Notes under the pieces: model-generated
Seen by the model: only the letters and a program-made list of their open reading frames with translations
Database searches by the model: none
Told to the model about the DNA's origin: nothing
Program-made: the position numbers and the translations under genes
Assembly: GCA_947463095.1 (NCBI GenBank)
Contig: CANHRE010000002.1
Coordinates: 42,056-106,055 of the forward strand
From: Flavobacteriales bacterium
Lineage (GTDB): Bacteria > Bacteroidota > Bacteroidia > NS11-12g > UBA955
Direction of reading: 5' to 3'
Length of the DNA: 64,000 nt
Shown: positions 19,801 to 29,592 of the stretch, in pieces
Layout of the letters: each line of letters opens with the position of its first letter
Position numbering within the stretch: position 1 is the first letter of the stretch

Positions 19801-21213
19801 TACAGCAAACTTGGAGCGCTTCTCTTTGGAAAGATTGGTACGGTAGTACTCGGTCATCTTTTCCAGAGGGTTGTAGCGCAGTGCTCCCTGTAGCTTTTCG
19901 TATCTGAATTCTTTAAAAAAACCAGCGGATTCAATTTTGGCGTCCTGATTCTTGTTCACCATGTCGAAGTCCATAAATGGTTCTTCGATGTTCCAGCGCA
20001 GCTGTTGTACATCAATATCCAGCTTGTGGTAATCATCGCTGAAGGGCGCCCGCATCAAACCGGTTACACCCCTCGTTACCAGCAGTTTACCCTCTTTGAA
20101 GTTGAAGTTGAATTGAACTTTTTGATGGTAAATATTCCCTTTGGCACTGTCCGTAATCAACAGGAAGGAACTCTCCAGGCTGGAAGCCGTTCCATTAGCC
20201 ACCTTGAACGATGATGAACGGGCTATAATCTTCTTTTTGCCTTTGAAATAAATGGTGATGACGGATTCTTTCCCCTGGGGATTCACGGTGGTGATTTCTG
20301 CACCGTTAATGGTGAGCCCACCGGTATAGGTAGCCCTGGGCCCCAGCAGGTTTTTTATTTCCAGATCACTTCGGAAGGTACTGAATTTAGGAAAGGAGCT
20401 GGTATTAATCTCGTCAGGATTGCTGGCATAGGAAGCTCGGTCTTCAAAACGACCCAACACCTGCCTACTGAAAAACTTGGGGTATGAAAGCCAGGCAGAA
20501 TCGGCTATATAGCCACTGGTTTGTACATCAGTTTCGTAATGAAACAGTTGAACCTTCATGTTTTCACCCGGCATGGTCCGCTCCCAGCCGGTCATTCCAC
20601 CATTGCCTTTCCAAAGGTTTTTTCCGGGCACATAGGTACCTTCGGTATTCATGATGATCATGCTGTCAAAAAGGGTCCGGCAAATTAGGTCGGTCTTCTT
20701 GAATCGCACTTCAATCTGACCGGTAAACAGGATGTCGAAGTCCATGGACTTGGCATACCAGCGTTTTGCCGGATCGCGGAAAATGGTATTGTCACGGAAC
20801 AGATTATTGGCCAGCTGCAGAAAACTTAGGTATTCGGAGGGGTTTCGCCCCAGCAGGTTGTCCGCAATCTGTTGCCATTGTTGTAAGTTTTTTGCCGGCA
20901 GTTTCCTATATGCAAAGGCATTGAGAGAAGTTAAAACAAGGTTGAAGTAGGGTTTGATGTTCAGACCTCGTTGGATCATGCTGTTGCACAGCTTCGATAT
21001 ATTCTTTTGCTGCACTGCATCAAAGCGCGCACCCCGCCAGTTGTTCAGGAACAATTCCAATTCGGCATCCAGCGGTTTGTCTTCCGCGCTTCTGATGAAT
21101 TGTTCAAACTCCTTAATGAAAATGGCCGGGTCGGGGCTGAAACTTTTTATTTGGCCGCGCAATCCTAATGCGGAAAGGCAGAACATGAAGGCGAGCAGGA
21201 GCGGTCTGAACAT
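16831..21213 (-). CDS. large secreted hypothetical protein (1460 aa)
   Basis: Long uninterrupted ORF with a clear signal peptide (MFRPLLLAFMFCLSALGLRGQ) and no internal repeats or recognisable catalytic motifs. The opposite-strand ORFs inside it are short and low-complexity. Confidence 0.7.
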   Translation of the reverse strand: MFRPLLLAFMFCLSALGLRGQIKSFSPDPAIFIKEFEQFIRSAEDKPLDAELELFLNNWRGARFDAVQQKNISKLCNSMIQRGLNIKPYFNLVLTSLNAFAYRKLPAKNLQQWQQIADNLLGRNPSEYLSFLQLANNLFRDNTIFRDPAKRWYAKSMDFDILFTGQIEVRFKKTDLICRTLFDSMIIMNTEGTYVPGKNLWKGNGGMTGWERTMPGENMKVQLFHYETDVQTSGYIADSAWLSYPKFFSRQVLGRFEDRASYASNPDEINTSSFPKFSTFRSDLEIKNLLGPRATYTGGLTINGAEITTVNPQGKESVITIYFKGKKKIIARSSSFKVANGTASSLESSFLLITDSAKGNIYHQKVQFNFNFKEGKLLVTRGVTGLMRAPFSDDYHKLDIDVQQLRWNIEEPFMDFDMVNKNQDAKIESAGFFKEFRYEKLQGALRYNPLEKMTEYYRTNLSKEKRSKFAVKDYATYLKNTKEHIEAQLIDLADGGYIVYNPFEDSITIRAKLFNYVQSHYKLRDYDVIRFSSLIEARPNGTLNLLTNELKLEGVQRFYFSDSQNVVALPTEQIITVLENRRLKFSGMIRAGRFDFFGKNFEFDYDKFQILYTNIDSMRLYFPDSSGKAIVPIKSVLRNIYGTLYIDKPNNKSGLQNFAEYPIFRSDKGSVITYEKSYIHGGAYKPEKFYFEVDPFTIDSLDNFTISGLAFDGTFRSDGIFPDFREKARIQKDYSLGFISHTPPGGFPMYRGKGKGDMAISLSEQGLYGSGTIEYSGSKTKSNSFLLLPDKMKAQVESYELPQNAKYPEVYAANAAAEWKPGEDKFTITNGEAPIRMFKMGYSFYGSITQSPAQLKGNGILKWSEANYSSKDMTFGSNKASAQESALQIFAVDSTRIAFRTDHVRGTLDFDKGEGVFTNNIPGSPTLFPWNRYATNMSDYRWDIRNKAIEVKTGPSMAGITPMFVSTHPNQDSLRFEAKKGIYDLRSEALRIEGIPHIDIADSRLVLKNGKVIVRKDADMDPVDSARITANRKDKYHEIYRSDAKIYGRNKMRAKGYYVYINKVNYKQELFLDSILVNRDKQVEAWGKVEESKNFTLDTKIAYKGLIKVLSNEKYPLFTGYFKPLHTFKNVIPSAWIRYSDYVDPKKVILKADDPRDKDNKRQYVGLYIANDSSHVYPLFYSWKKRYSDPEITGDTGILYYDDLKSSFFAGNKEKLLQGGLKGNFIQFNEKTHAIHAEGRMDFGFDNSVIKCISAGTADLPEGDSSFNFELAMFLDFPLPKSFNERLYALLTAEDAGKGTFSNNDLFVKKAVGELITDDKTARSVMKNMERTGILEGRDEGAWKFCFTKADFRWNSKQRGMACTEELSLANFDGKPVNRNFASKMLVEHRRSGENLFLYMEIASGTWLYVNTQRNVTYVWTSDEALNQSIINEGPKVSNDNYTLRTAAPSMVDRFVRKFE

Positions 21214-21291
21214 GGTTTAAACTATGGAATAAAGGGTTTTTTACGCTGGGTAAAGTCCCTAAACGCGGATTGTATGTTGAGCAGTATCAGA

Positions 21292-22056
21292 TCAGCGCAG
21301 GGCTTTACAGATTTCGATGAAATCCCTGGCTTTAAGGGCAGCGCCGCCTATCAGACCGCCATCCACATCGTTCATGGCAAACAGTTGCGCAGCGTTATCT
21401 GGTTTAACCGAACCTCCGTAAAGAATGCTCAGAGAATCGGCAATTTCGTCGTTGTAGTAGCTGGCAACCAGCTTGCGTATCAGGTGGTGAATTTCCTGAG
21501 CATCTTCCGGAGAAGCCGTTAATCCTGTTCCAATAGCCCAAACTGGTTCATATGCAATCACCACAGAGCCAAACTCTTTGCGATCCAGTTGAAACAAACC
21601 TTCAGTAATCTGCTTCTCAATAACCTTGAAGTAGGTTTTATCTTCCCTTTCTTTTTGACTTTCGCCCACGCAGAAAATGGGTTTCAAGCCCTGTCGGATG
21701 ACTGATTTGGTTTTCAGCGCCAGCTGCTCATTCGTTTCACCAAAAAACAATCTCCGTTCCGAATGGCCCACCAATACATAGGCCGCACCAGTGCTCTTGA
21801 TCATGCCGGCAGAGATTTCTCCCGTGAAGGCCCCTTGGTCTTCCCAATGGCAATTTTGAGCTCCGGAGGCTATGGCAGACCCTTCCAGCAAACGTGCCAT
21901 TCCCGCCAGACTAATAAAGGGAGGAATCAGAATAACTTGTGTATCACCCCGGAGTTCATCCCGCACCAAACCTCGTATTTCGGTGGTTAATGCCATAGAC
22001 TCCTCAAGGTTCTTATGCATCTTCCAGTTCCCGGCGACAATGTTCTTTCTGCTCAT
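21292..22056 (-). CDS. tpiA: triosephosphate isomerase
   Basis: NIVAGNWKMHK N-terminus, the AYEPVWAIGTG active-site motif and C-terminal GGASLK-like motif. Confidence 0.95.
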   Translation of the reverse strand: MSRKNIVAGNWKMHKNLEESMALTTEIRGLVRDELRGDTQVILIPPFISLAGMARLLEGSAIASGAQNCHWEDQGAFTGEISAGMIKSTGAAYVLVGHSERRLFFGETNEQLALKTKSVIRQGLKPIFCVGESQKEREDKTYFKVIEKQITEGLFQLDRKEFGSVVIAYEPVWAIGTGLTASPEDAQEIHHLIRKLVASYYNDEIADSLSILYGGSVKPDNAAQLFAMNDVDGGLIGGAALKARDFIEICKALR

Positions 22057-22169
22057 GCCGCGAAATTAACATCAAGAAGCCCTGTATTATCCACCATTTT
22101 TCCCTGTGTCAAACAGGGTACTGCACCTAAACCTTGGCCTTCTGCCTGATTATTTTACCTTTGCACCTC

Positions 22170-23264
22170 ATGTCTGAAGCTTCTCTACTCAAAAACACCG
22201 CACTCACCGCTTTGCACCAGGAATTGGGTGCCAAGATGGTGCCATTTGCGGGTTATAACATGCCCGTTTTATACGACAACCTGATTCAGGAGCATCTTGC
22301 GGTGCGCCAGTCTGTGGGCGTGTTCGATGTGAGCCATATGGGGGAGTTTATCATACGGGGGCCTCAGGCCGGCGCACTCATAAACGCGCTCACAACCAAC
22401 GACGTAGGCCAGCTTCTTCCCGGCAAGGTTCAATACAGCTGCATGACCAACGACCAGGGTGGTATTGTAGATGACTTGTTGGTTTACAAGTTCACGGAGA
22501 ACGAATATATGCTGGTGGTTAATGCTTCCAATATCGAGAAAGACTGGAATTGGATCAGCCGGCATAATCAGCATGGTTGCGACCTGTATAATGTGAGTGA
22601 TGAGTGGTCATTGCTTGCCGTTCAGGGGCCAAAGGCTGCGGAAACGGTTCAGAAGCTCACCGCTGTTGATCTTTCAGCCATCCCTTATTATCATTTTGCC
22701 TTTGGAAGCTGTGCTGGCATTTCGGGTGTAGTGATTTCAAATACCGGTTATACCGGAGCAGGTGGGTTTGAGTTGTATGTGAAAAACGAGGATGCCCGCA
22801 AATTGTGGGATGCCTTATTTGATGCAGGCAGTGAATTCGGCATCAAACCAGCCGGCTTGGGTGCACGCGATACCCTCCGCCTGGAAAAAGGATTCTGCCT
22901 TTATGGAAATGACATCAACGATACCACATCTCCTATTGAGGCAGGCCTGGGCTGGATTACCAAATTCAACAAGGAGTTCACCCATTCGGCATACCATAAA
23001 CAATTGAAAGAACAGGGCCCTGCAAAGAAACTGGTTGGTTTTGAAGTGGTGGATAAAGGTATTGCTCGGCAGCATTATATCATTAAGGATGCTCATGGCA
23101 ACGACATCGGGGAGGTTACCAGCGGTACCATGTCACCGTCTCTCAATAAGGCCATTGGCATGGGTTATGTGGGCACAGCCTTCAGCGCACCGGGAAGTGA
23201 AATCTATGTGGATGTGCGGGGGAAATTGCTCCTTGCCAAGGTAGTGAAATTCCCTTTTCTATAA
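22170..23264 (+). CDS. gcvT: glycine cleavage system aminomethyltransferase T protein
   Basis: LKNTALTALHQELGAKMVPFAGYNMPVLY...GVFDVSHMGEF fits GcvT throughout. The ORF track start at 22134 adds 12 hydrophobic residues, so 22170 is the likely start. Confidence 0.9.
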   Translation: MSEASLLKNTALTALHQELGAKMVPFAGYNMPVLYDNLIQEHLAVRQSVGVFDVSHMGEFIIRGPQAGALINALTTNDVGQLLPGKVQYSCMTNDQGGIVDDLLVYKFTENEYMLVVNASNIEKDWNWISRHNQHGCDLYNVSDEWSLLAVQGPKAAETVQKLTAVDLSAIPYYHFAFGSCAGISGVVISNTGYTGAGGFELYVKNEDARKLWDALFDAGSEFGIKPAGLGARDTLRLEKGFCLYGNDINDTTSPIEAGLGWITKFNKEFTHSAYHKQLKEQGPAKKLVGFEVVDKGIARQHYIIKDAHGNDIGEVTSGTMSPSLNKAIGMGYVGTAFSAPGSEIYVDVRGKLLLAKVVKFPFL

Positions 23265-23280
23265 GCCGCAGGCTTAGCGA

Positions 23281-23994
23281 TTAGAACAGCATACTGCACT
23301 CCAGGGAGCAATTGCGTATGGTGCCATTGTTTCCTGTGGCCGGGGTTACATCCGGGATGTTAAAGTTGTTGTTGGTGTTGATGAGTCCCATCCTAAGGCT
23401 TACCATAAATGAGGAGCGTTCACCACCGTATTCCCAGGCGGCCATAGCGCATAAATCGAAAGGTTTCAGCGGTAGATTTTCCCAGCGTTTCCACCAAATC
23501 TGATAATTTTTGGGAAGGCGTTCCGGGCCCACATAGATGGCTGAGCGCATCAGGTAACTCCCCTGGAAACCTAGCAGGATGTTATTGCCCAGGTCTTTAT
23601 TTGATTTTCGTTCCAGGTTAAACTTCCATAGAACCGGAACATCAAGAAAGAGTTCAGATATTTTAGTGTAGTCGGAACTTTGCTGGAAGTTGGAAAAATT
23701 CGCACCGGCAAATCGCGCCGAAATTTCGGTATATACCCAATGGGGTTTGGAACGTGAAAGTTTCTTTTGCAGGAACAATCCACCTGCATAGCCGAACAGT
23801 GGCCGCGGGTTGCTTAATTCTGTGCCCAGCATGCTGTATAAGCCTGCGCCCAGCCGGAGTCCGAAATTCTGACGTCGGAAATCCTCTAACTGTTCCTGAT
23901 CGGCGAGGCCGCCCTCATCGCGGCCCTGAGCCTGAAGGTTGGCGCCTGAACAGCATAACAAGCTAAGCAGGACAAAGGGGAGGTAAGGTTTCAT
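23281..23994 (-). CDS. outer-membrane beta-barrel (porin-family) protein
   Basis: Signal peptide MKPYLPFVLLSLLCCSGANLQAQ with alternating hydrophobic beta-strand pattern and a C-terminal F. The ATG at 23994 is 2 nt after the upstream Hsp70 gene stop, so the two are probably co-transcribed. Confidence 0.55.
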   Translation of the reverse strand: MKPYLPFVLLSLLCCSGANLQAQGRDEGGLADQEQLEDFRRQNFGLRLGAGLYSMLGTELSNPRPLFGYAGGLFLQKKLSRSKPHWVYTEISARFAGANFSNFQQSSDYTKISELFLDVPVLWKFNLERKSNKDLGNNILLGFQGSYLMRSAIYVGPERLPKNYQIWWKRWENLPLKPFDLCAMAAWEYGGERSSFMVSLRMGLINTNNNFNIPDVTPATGNNGTIRNCSLECSMLF

Positions 23995-23996
23995 GG

Positions 23997-25865
23997 TCAA
24001 AGTTTTTTTCCTTTCAGGGCAGCGCCTACAGCTTCATCCATCAGTCGTTCAGCGAAGGGGCGCGTATAATCATTCAAACGTTCCATGGACGCCAGTATTG
24101 CATCTTTGTCTTCTTCGGAACACAGCGTTTCCAATTCTCCGCATAATTCAAGCGTTTTATGATGTTCTTCAGGGGTAAGCAGTTGATGGTTCTTTTCCAG
24201 AAATCGCTTCGCTGTGTAGCACAACTGCCGGGCTTCTGTTTGCGCTTCTATCATCAAGCGCGTTTCTATATCGCTTTTGGCGTTGTTCAGGCTGTCCAGC
24301 AGCATATCTTCAACTGCCTTATCATTGAGGTCTTTTTGGTAATGCACGGAGATTTCCTGAGCAATGCCGCTGCGCAGTTCCCGGGCACCCACCTTTAAAA
24401 TCCCGTCGGCATCAACCAGAAAACGCACCTCTATTTTTGGAAGGCCTGCGGGCATTGCAGGAATTCCTTTTAACTGGAACGAAGCAAGTTTGCGGTTTTG
24501 TGCACACAATTCACGCTCGCCCTGAAAGACGGATATCTCCATATTCACCTGGCCATCAACGGAAGTGGTATATTGCCTGGAGGCACTGGATGGGATGCGG
24601 CTGTTTCTTGGAATGAGTGTGTCCATGAGCCCGCCCAGGGTTTCAATACCAAGGCTCAGGGGTGTTACATCCAGCAACAGAATATCGCGCCGGTTGCCCG
24701 CCAGGATGTCGGCTTCCACGGCGGCACCCAGAGCCACCACTTCGTCGGGGTTCAGGCTGTCGTTCACATGCACTCCGGAAAAGAATTGGCGTACCTTGTC
24801 TTTTACCAGGTTCAGGCGTGTTGAGCCACCTACCAGTACAACTTCATGGATTTGCTCCGTTTTTATACCGGCATCATGCAGCGCCTGTGACGCGATATTG
24901 ATGGTTTTATCAAGAATGGGCGTGCACAGCTGTTCCAAATCGGTGTTGCTTAGGCTCAGTTTCAGTGATACACCATCAAGCTGATCTTCACGCAGGTAGT
25001 GTTTAGCGGTGCCGTCAGACAGCATGATTTTGGCTTCTTCTGCAAACAGCCGCAATTGTTGCATATGTGCCTTTTTCTTCATGTGCTGAGCTGCTTCCGG
25101 CATTAGTTGCAGCCAGAAATCTACGATGGCACGGTCTATATCGTCACCACCAAGCCAGGTGTCCCCTCTGGTAGCCAACACTTCGAAAACGCCGCCTTCA
25201 AGGCGTAAAATAGAAACGTCGAAGGTGCCGCCGCCAAAATCATATACGGCAATCATTCTGTTTTGCGCTGGCGACTGACCCAGCCCGTAGGCCAGACTTG
25301 CGGCAGTGGGTTCATTTAGAATCCGCATCACATCCAGACCAGCCAGTTTTCCGGCCTCCCTGGTAGCCTGTCGCTGAAGGTCATCAAAATAGGCTGGTAC
25401 GGTGATAACTGCTTTGCGAATGGAAGTACCCAATGCTTTTTCTGCCCTCAGCTTTATTTCCGAAAGGATGGCAGCACTAAGCTCTACAGGGCTGTAATAA
25501 GTACCCTGTGATTCGATGCGCACATGTTCACCCTGTTCGTCTTCAACAATTCTGTATCCGAAATAGGCGTTGCGGTCTCGCAGATCCTTATACGAGCGAC
25601 CCAACAGACGTTTTACACTGTAAATGGTGCGTTCCGGTTCGTGAACCAGAAATTCTTTGGCGGCATTCCCCACCAGCATCTGTTCCGTTCCCAGGTAAAC
25701 CACGGAAGGCACAATCACCCCTGAGGCTCCGTCAAGACAAACCGGGTTTCTGTTATCGCCCTTGCACACGGCCACCAGGCTGTTGGTTGTTCCCAGGTCA
25801 ATCCCAATGATCAGGTCATTGGGTACCAGTTCCGCTTTTTTCAGGTCAATGCTGATTTTTGTCAT
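23997..25865 (-). CDS. hscA: Hsp70-family chaperone, HscA-like
   Basis: 622 aa with actin-like ATPase motifs (IGIDLGTTNS, DLGGGTFD, VLVGGSTR) and an HscA-like C-terminal substrate-binding domain. Confidence 0.8.
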   Translation of the reverse strand: MTKISIDLKKAELVPNDLIIGIDLGTTNSLVAVCKGDNRNPVCLDGASGVIVPSVVYLGTEQMLVGNAAKEFLVHEPERTIYSVKRLLGRSYKDLRDRNAYFGYRIVEDEQGEHVRIESQGTYYSPVELSAAILSEIKLRAEKALGTSIRKAVITVPAYFDDLQRQATREAGKLAGLDVMRILNEPTAASLAYGLGQSPAQNRMIAVYDFGGGTFDVSILRLEGGVFEVLATRGDTWLGGDDIDRAIVDFWLQLMPEAAQHMKKKAHMQQLRLFAEEAKIMLSDGTAKHYLREDQLDGVSLKLSLSNTDLEQLCTPILDKTINIASQALHDAGIKTEQIHEVVLVGGSTRLNLVKDKVRQFFSGVHVNDSLNPDEVVALGAAVEADILAGNRRDILLLDVTPLSLGIETLGGLMDTLIPRNSRIPSSASRQYTTSVDGQVNMEISVFQGERELCAQNRKLASFQLKGIPAMPAGLPKIEVRFLVDADGILKVGARELRSGIAQEISVHYQKDLNDKAVEDMLLDSLNNAKSDIETRLMIEAQTEARQLCYTAKRFLEKNHQLLTPEEHHKTLELCGELETLCSEEDKDAILASMERLNDYTRPFAERLMDEAVGAALKGKKL

Positions 25866-26031
25866 GATGCCCGTGCAAAATTACCCCATGTACCTACACA
25901 TCAGGGCGCAAATTGTTTGTGTTTTTCGTTGAATAAATCTTTATCGAAATTCATCTGATGCGAGTCAGAAACTTCCTTTATAGGATGCTTGGTAATCCAG
26001 ATGGGTATAATTTCGCCTCGCTTTTCTCACC

Positions 26032-27321
26032 ATGTTTCGCGTAAAAACAACATTCCTTGCAGTGTGCTGCATGTTTATGTCTGCCACTGCTGCTACAGCT
26101 CAATGGGTCAATGATTCTATCCAGATGGGTACGGGTTACCGCAATGAAGTTTTCTATTCGCTGGGGGGCGGCACCCGAGGCACCACTCCGGTTGTTGACT
26201 GGGAACTTGCCCATACCCAGGTGAAGATGGACAACTGCATCCGCGCCAACCACGTAGCCGGTGTTCGGGTAATTCTATATCCCAAAGGCGCCATCGCCGA
26301 CTGGAATAAATTTGATACGGCCGGCTGGCAGTCATGGCGCATGGTATTCAACAACATCAACAAACGCGAATTGGGCGCATTTAACCAACAGAAAGGTCCG
26401 GGCATGTGGGATTTTAACTGGGGGATTTATAATTCTTCAACACATGAGGTAGTGGGTGATTCTATGTACCTCCTGATTTTAAATGCAAGCAGCCCAACGC
26501 AAATTTTTCGCAAATTTTATCCTGTGAAACAGGATGTGTCCGGAAACCTGCAACTCCGCATTTCGGCCCTTGATGGCACAGGCGATACTACCATGAACGT
26601 GCTCAGTGCTACAGCCGGAACCCGTGCCTATAAATATGTCCATCTTCAGAAGAAAACACAACCGCTGAGAGAACCGGCGGAATCATGGGATGTAGTGTTC
26701 ACCCAGTATTTCGCACCCACCTTTGACCCTATGAGTGGTAAAACCATTCCTTATCCGGTGATGGGGGTTGAAGCCAACCAAGGTGTTCTGGTTGCTGCCA
26801 TCCGTGGCGTGGAACGTAGTGCAATAGATCCGGGTAACTGGAAGAGCCAGGCAGCAGATGACCTGACGGGCATTGGTTCCAATTGGAAATCATTTAACAG
26901 GAGTACGAATAAATTCACCTGTAAAGACAGCCTTTCTTATCTGGTGAAATCAGTTGATGGCCAGTACTGGCTGTTGTATTTCTCCCGCTTTGATGGCAAT
27001 GCCACCGGCAAAATTATATTTCACAAGCAACAAACCAATCTTGCTTCCGTACAGGGTTTTGGCAATACCCTCAAGTTGAGCCTCTATCCTAATCCTGCAA
27101 TTCCCGGACGCGCTGTAGTGCTAGCCACCGATGCCTCCGGGCATCGCGAAGTGAAGCTACAAATCACCGATGCTGCAGGAAGAACTGTGTACACTGCGAA
27201 CCGCACCCTCAAGGGTCTAGAGCAACAGGAACTGCCTACTGTGGGCCTGGGTTCTGGTAGTTATTTCCTCAGTCTTACTGCAGAAGGAAAGAAAGCGGTC
27301 ATTCCATTCCTGATTCCTTAA
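26032..27321 (+). CDS. HmuY-like secreted protein with T9SS type-A C-terminal domain
   Basis: Signal peptide, HmuY-like motifs (EVFYSLGGG...VVDWELAH; ESWDVVFTQY) and a C-terminal ~80 aa Por secretion tail (LSLYPNPAIPGRAVVL...GSYFLSLTAEGKKAV). It is a paralogue of the 29571 gene and lies directly upstream of the TonB-dependent receptor. Confidence 0.6.
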   Translation: MFRVKTTFLAVCCMFMSATAATAQWVNDSIQMGTGYRNEVFYSLGGGTRGTTPVVDWELAHTQVKMDNCIRANHVAGVRVILYPKGAIADWNKFDTAGWQSWRMVFNNINKRELGAFNQQKGPGMWDFNWGIYNSSTHEVVGDSMYLLILNASSPTQIFRKFYPVKQDVSGNLQLRISALDGTGDTTMNVLSATAGTRAYKYVHLQKKTQPLREPAESWDVVFTQYFAPTFDPMSGKTIPYPVMGVEANQGVLVAAIRGVERSAIDPGNWKSQAADDLTGIGSNWKSFNRSTNKFTCKDSLSYLVKSVDGQYWLLYFSRFDGNATGKIIFHKQQTNLASVQGFGNTLKLSLYPNPAIPGRAVVLATDASGHREVKLQITDAAGRTVYTANRTLKGLEQQELPTVGLGSGSYFLSLTAEGKKAVIPFLIP

Positions 27322-27336
27322 AATCCATTAACAGGG

Positions 27337-29592
27337 TTGCTAAGGGCCATCCTCATCACGTGCTTAGTCAGCGTTGCTGCAGTTCTTCCTGCGCAGCAGC
27401 CTGTACAGGTGTGCGATCTGGCCACTGGTCAACCCCTGGAAGGGGCGCAGGTTCATATCAGCGCTTCGGCGGAAAACAGCCGGCAGGCCTACCGCTCCAA
27501 TGCCGGGGGTATGGTGACCATAAACATCGAAAACCGGCAAATACTTCAGGTATATATGCCCGGGTATGCTGATTGGGAGGGGATGGTAACCGGTTCATCC
27601 GATACCTTCAGGGTGCGCTTGCAGCCGCTTGACAGCAGGTTGGATCCGGTTGTCGTTACAGCACTCACAGCGCCTGCTGCGGGGTCGCGTTCGGCCAATA
27701 ACATCAGGGTGATCGGCAGGCCGCAGATGGAACAACTTGCTGCGCAGAACCTCTCGGAATTACTGGCTAACGAGGTAAATTTCAACCTCGGACAGGACGC
27801 CGTGATGGGCACAAGCGCCATCATGCAGGGTATTTCCGGACAGAACATAAAGGTAATGGTGAATGGAGTGCCTGTGCTTGGTCGTTTGAATGGAAACATT
27901 GACGTTTCGCAAATCAACCTGAGCAATGTTGAGCGGGTTGAGATTATCGAAGGACCTATGTCGGCGGTTTACGGAACCGATGCGCTGGGCGGGGTCATCA
28001 ACATCATCACCAGGAATGCCGGCAAACGCGGTACCAATGCGGATGCTCATATTTATGCCGACGGACTTCGCAACTTCAACACGGATCTTACGGTGCAGCA
28101 TCGGGTAAACAGGAAGCTGGCGTTGAGTTTGAATGGTGGTCGTTACTTCTTCGGAGGTATTGATTTTAATCCACAGGATCGGCCATTTGACTGGAAACCA
28201 AAGCTGCGCCAATTTGCCGAAGGAAACCTGTTCTTAAAAACCGGAGCATGGTCGCACCGATTCCAGACACAGATATTCCGGGAGCGTTTGAACGATCGTC
28301 AAGCTGCCGAATACAGCAATACCGGAATCACCGGGTATAACCATATTTACCATACGAACCGCGACGGCATACAATGGCAGGCAAATATTCCCCTGAAACG
28401 GCAGGTAAAATTGGAATTCCTGCAATCATGGCAATTATTCGGAAGGGATAAAGAAGTTATTCGGCGTAACCTGGTAGATGGCACCGAGCGCGACCTGACG
28501 GCATTTCTGGGAGATCAGAGTTTGTTCAGTCATTGGATGTTCCGCGGCTTCGCCGCACAATCCAGACCTTGGGCGAAAATTCAATGGATGGCAGGGTATG
28601 AGGCCAACTTTGAGCAAGGAACCGGGGATAATATTCCTAAGAATTCCCCCGGCATCAGCGATGTTGCACTGTTTGGTGTAGCCGATTACAAGCCTGTAAA
28701 GCGCCTTTTGCTGCGGCCCGGGCTGCGATTGATCTATAACAACCGATTCGGAAGCCCTCTGGGAAATGAAGGTATTCTATCAAAAGTAAAGCTGGCACCG
28801 GTGATTCCTTCGCTTCAATGGAAGTGGGACTTGTCCTCCCACATGTTATTCCGCGGGGCTGTAGCGGCAGGGTATAGGGCGCCGGGTCTGAAAGAACTTA
28901 ACCTGTTGTTTGTGGACAACCAGCATAATGTGCGTGGTAATGAGCAACTGAAGGCTGAGCAGTCCATCAATTATAATATCGGGCTGGATTACCGAAGGCC
29001 ATTGCTGAGGAAACAAGCCTTCCGATTCGACTATGCTATTTTCCAGAATCAGATTCGCAACCGAATCACGCTCGCACTGGTAGATCCCTTAACAAATCTG
29101 TACACCTATATCAACGTGGGCAGCTTCCAAACACAGGGCATGAGCATGAATGCCGGCTTCATGCATCCCCGTTACAGCATGAATGCCGGCTGGTCCACTA
29201 TTGGTATTCGCGATGATTTGGACGGCAGCGGTTTAAAAGGGGACCGCTACTTCTACTTTACACAATTTCGATTGAATCTGGGCTGGACCCCGGCCCGTTC
29301 CGGCTGGAGCGTGAATCTGTTTCAGAAATACAGCGGGAAAACCCGTGGTTACAATGCGGATCGCACAACCTATACCATTCAGGATTTCTGGATCAGCGAT
29401 GTGGTTCTTTCCAAACAATTGTTGCAGCAACAGTTACGTATCAGTTTCGGTTGTCGAAATGCGCTGGGTATAACTTCAATCCAGTCTAACCGGATTTCCG
29501 GTGGCATTCATGCGGTGAATAACGGCGAGCAATTGGTTTCGCCCGGCAGACAGTTTTTTATTCGATTAACATGGCAAGTTCAGGGAAAATAG
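27337..29592 (+). CDS. TonB-dependent outer membrane receptor with N-terminal carboxypeptidase-regulatory-like domain
   Basis: Signal peptide and a CarbopepD_reg-like beta-sandwich (VCDLATGQPLEGAQVHISA...). The plug domain carries the VERVEIIEGPMSAVYGTDALGGVINIITR box. A ~500 aa barrel ends in an aromatic-rich C-terminus. Confidence 0.85.
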   Translation: MLRAILITCLVSVAAVLPAQQPVQVCDLATGQPLEGAQVHISASAENSRQAYRSNAGGMVTINIENRQILQVYMPGYADWEGMVTGSSDTFRVRLQPLDSRLDPVVVTALTAPAAGSRSANNIRVIGRPQMEQLAAQNLSELLANEVNFNLGQDAVMGTSAIMQGISGQNIKVMVNGVPVLGRLNGNIDVSQINLSNVERVEIIEGPMSAVYGTDALGGVINIITRNAGKRGTNADAHIYADGLRNFNTDLTVQHRVNRKLALSLNGGRYFFGGIDFNPQDRPFDWKPKLRQFAEGNLFLKTGAWSHRFQTQIFRERLNDRQAAEYSNTGITGYNHIYHTNRDGIQWQANIPLKRQVKLEFLQSWQLFGRDKEVIRRNLVDGTERDLTAFLGDQSLFSHWMFRGFAAQSRPWAKIQWMAGYEANFEQGTGDNIPKNSPGISDVALFGVADYKPVKRLLLRPGLRLIYNNRFGSPLGNEGILSKVKLAPVIPSLQWKWDLSSHMLFRGAVAAGYRAPGLKELNLLFVDNQHNVRGNEQLKAEQSINYNIGLDYRRPLLRKQAFRFDYAIFQNQIRNRITLALVDPLTNLYTYINVGSFQTQGMSMNAGFMHPRYSMNAGWSTIGIRDDLDGSGLKGDRYFYFTQFRLNLGWTPARSGWSVNLFQKYSGKTRGYNADRTTYTIQDFWISDVVLSKQLLQQQLRISFGCRNALGITSIQSNRISGGIHAVNNGEQLVSPGRQFFIRLTWQVQGK

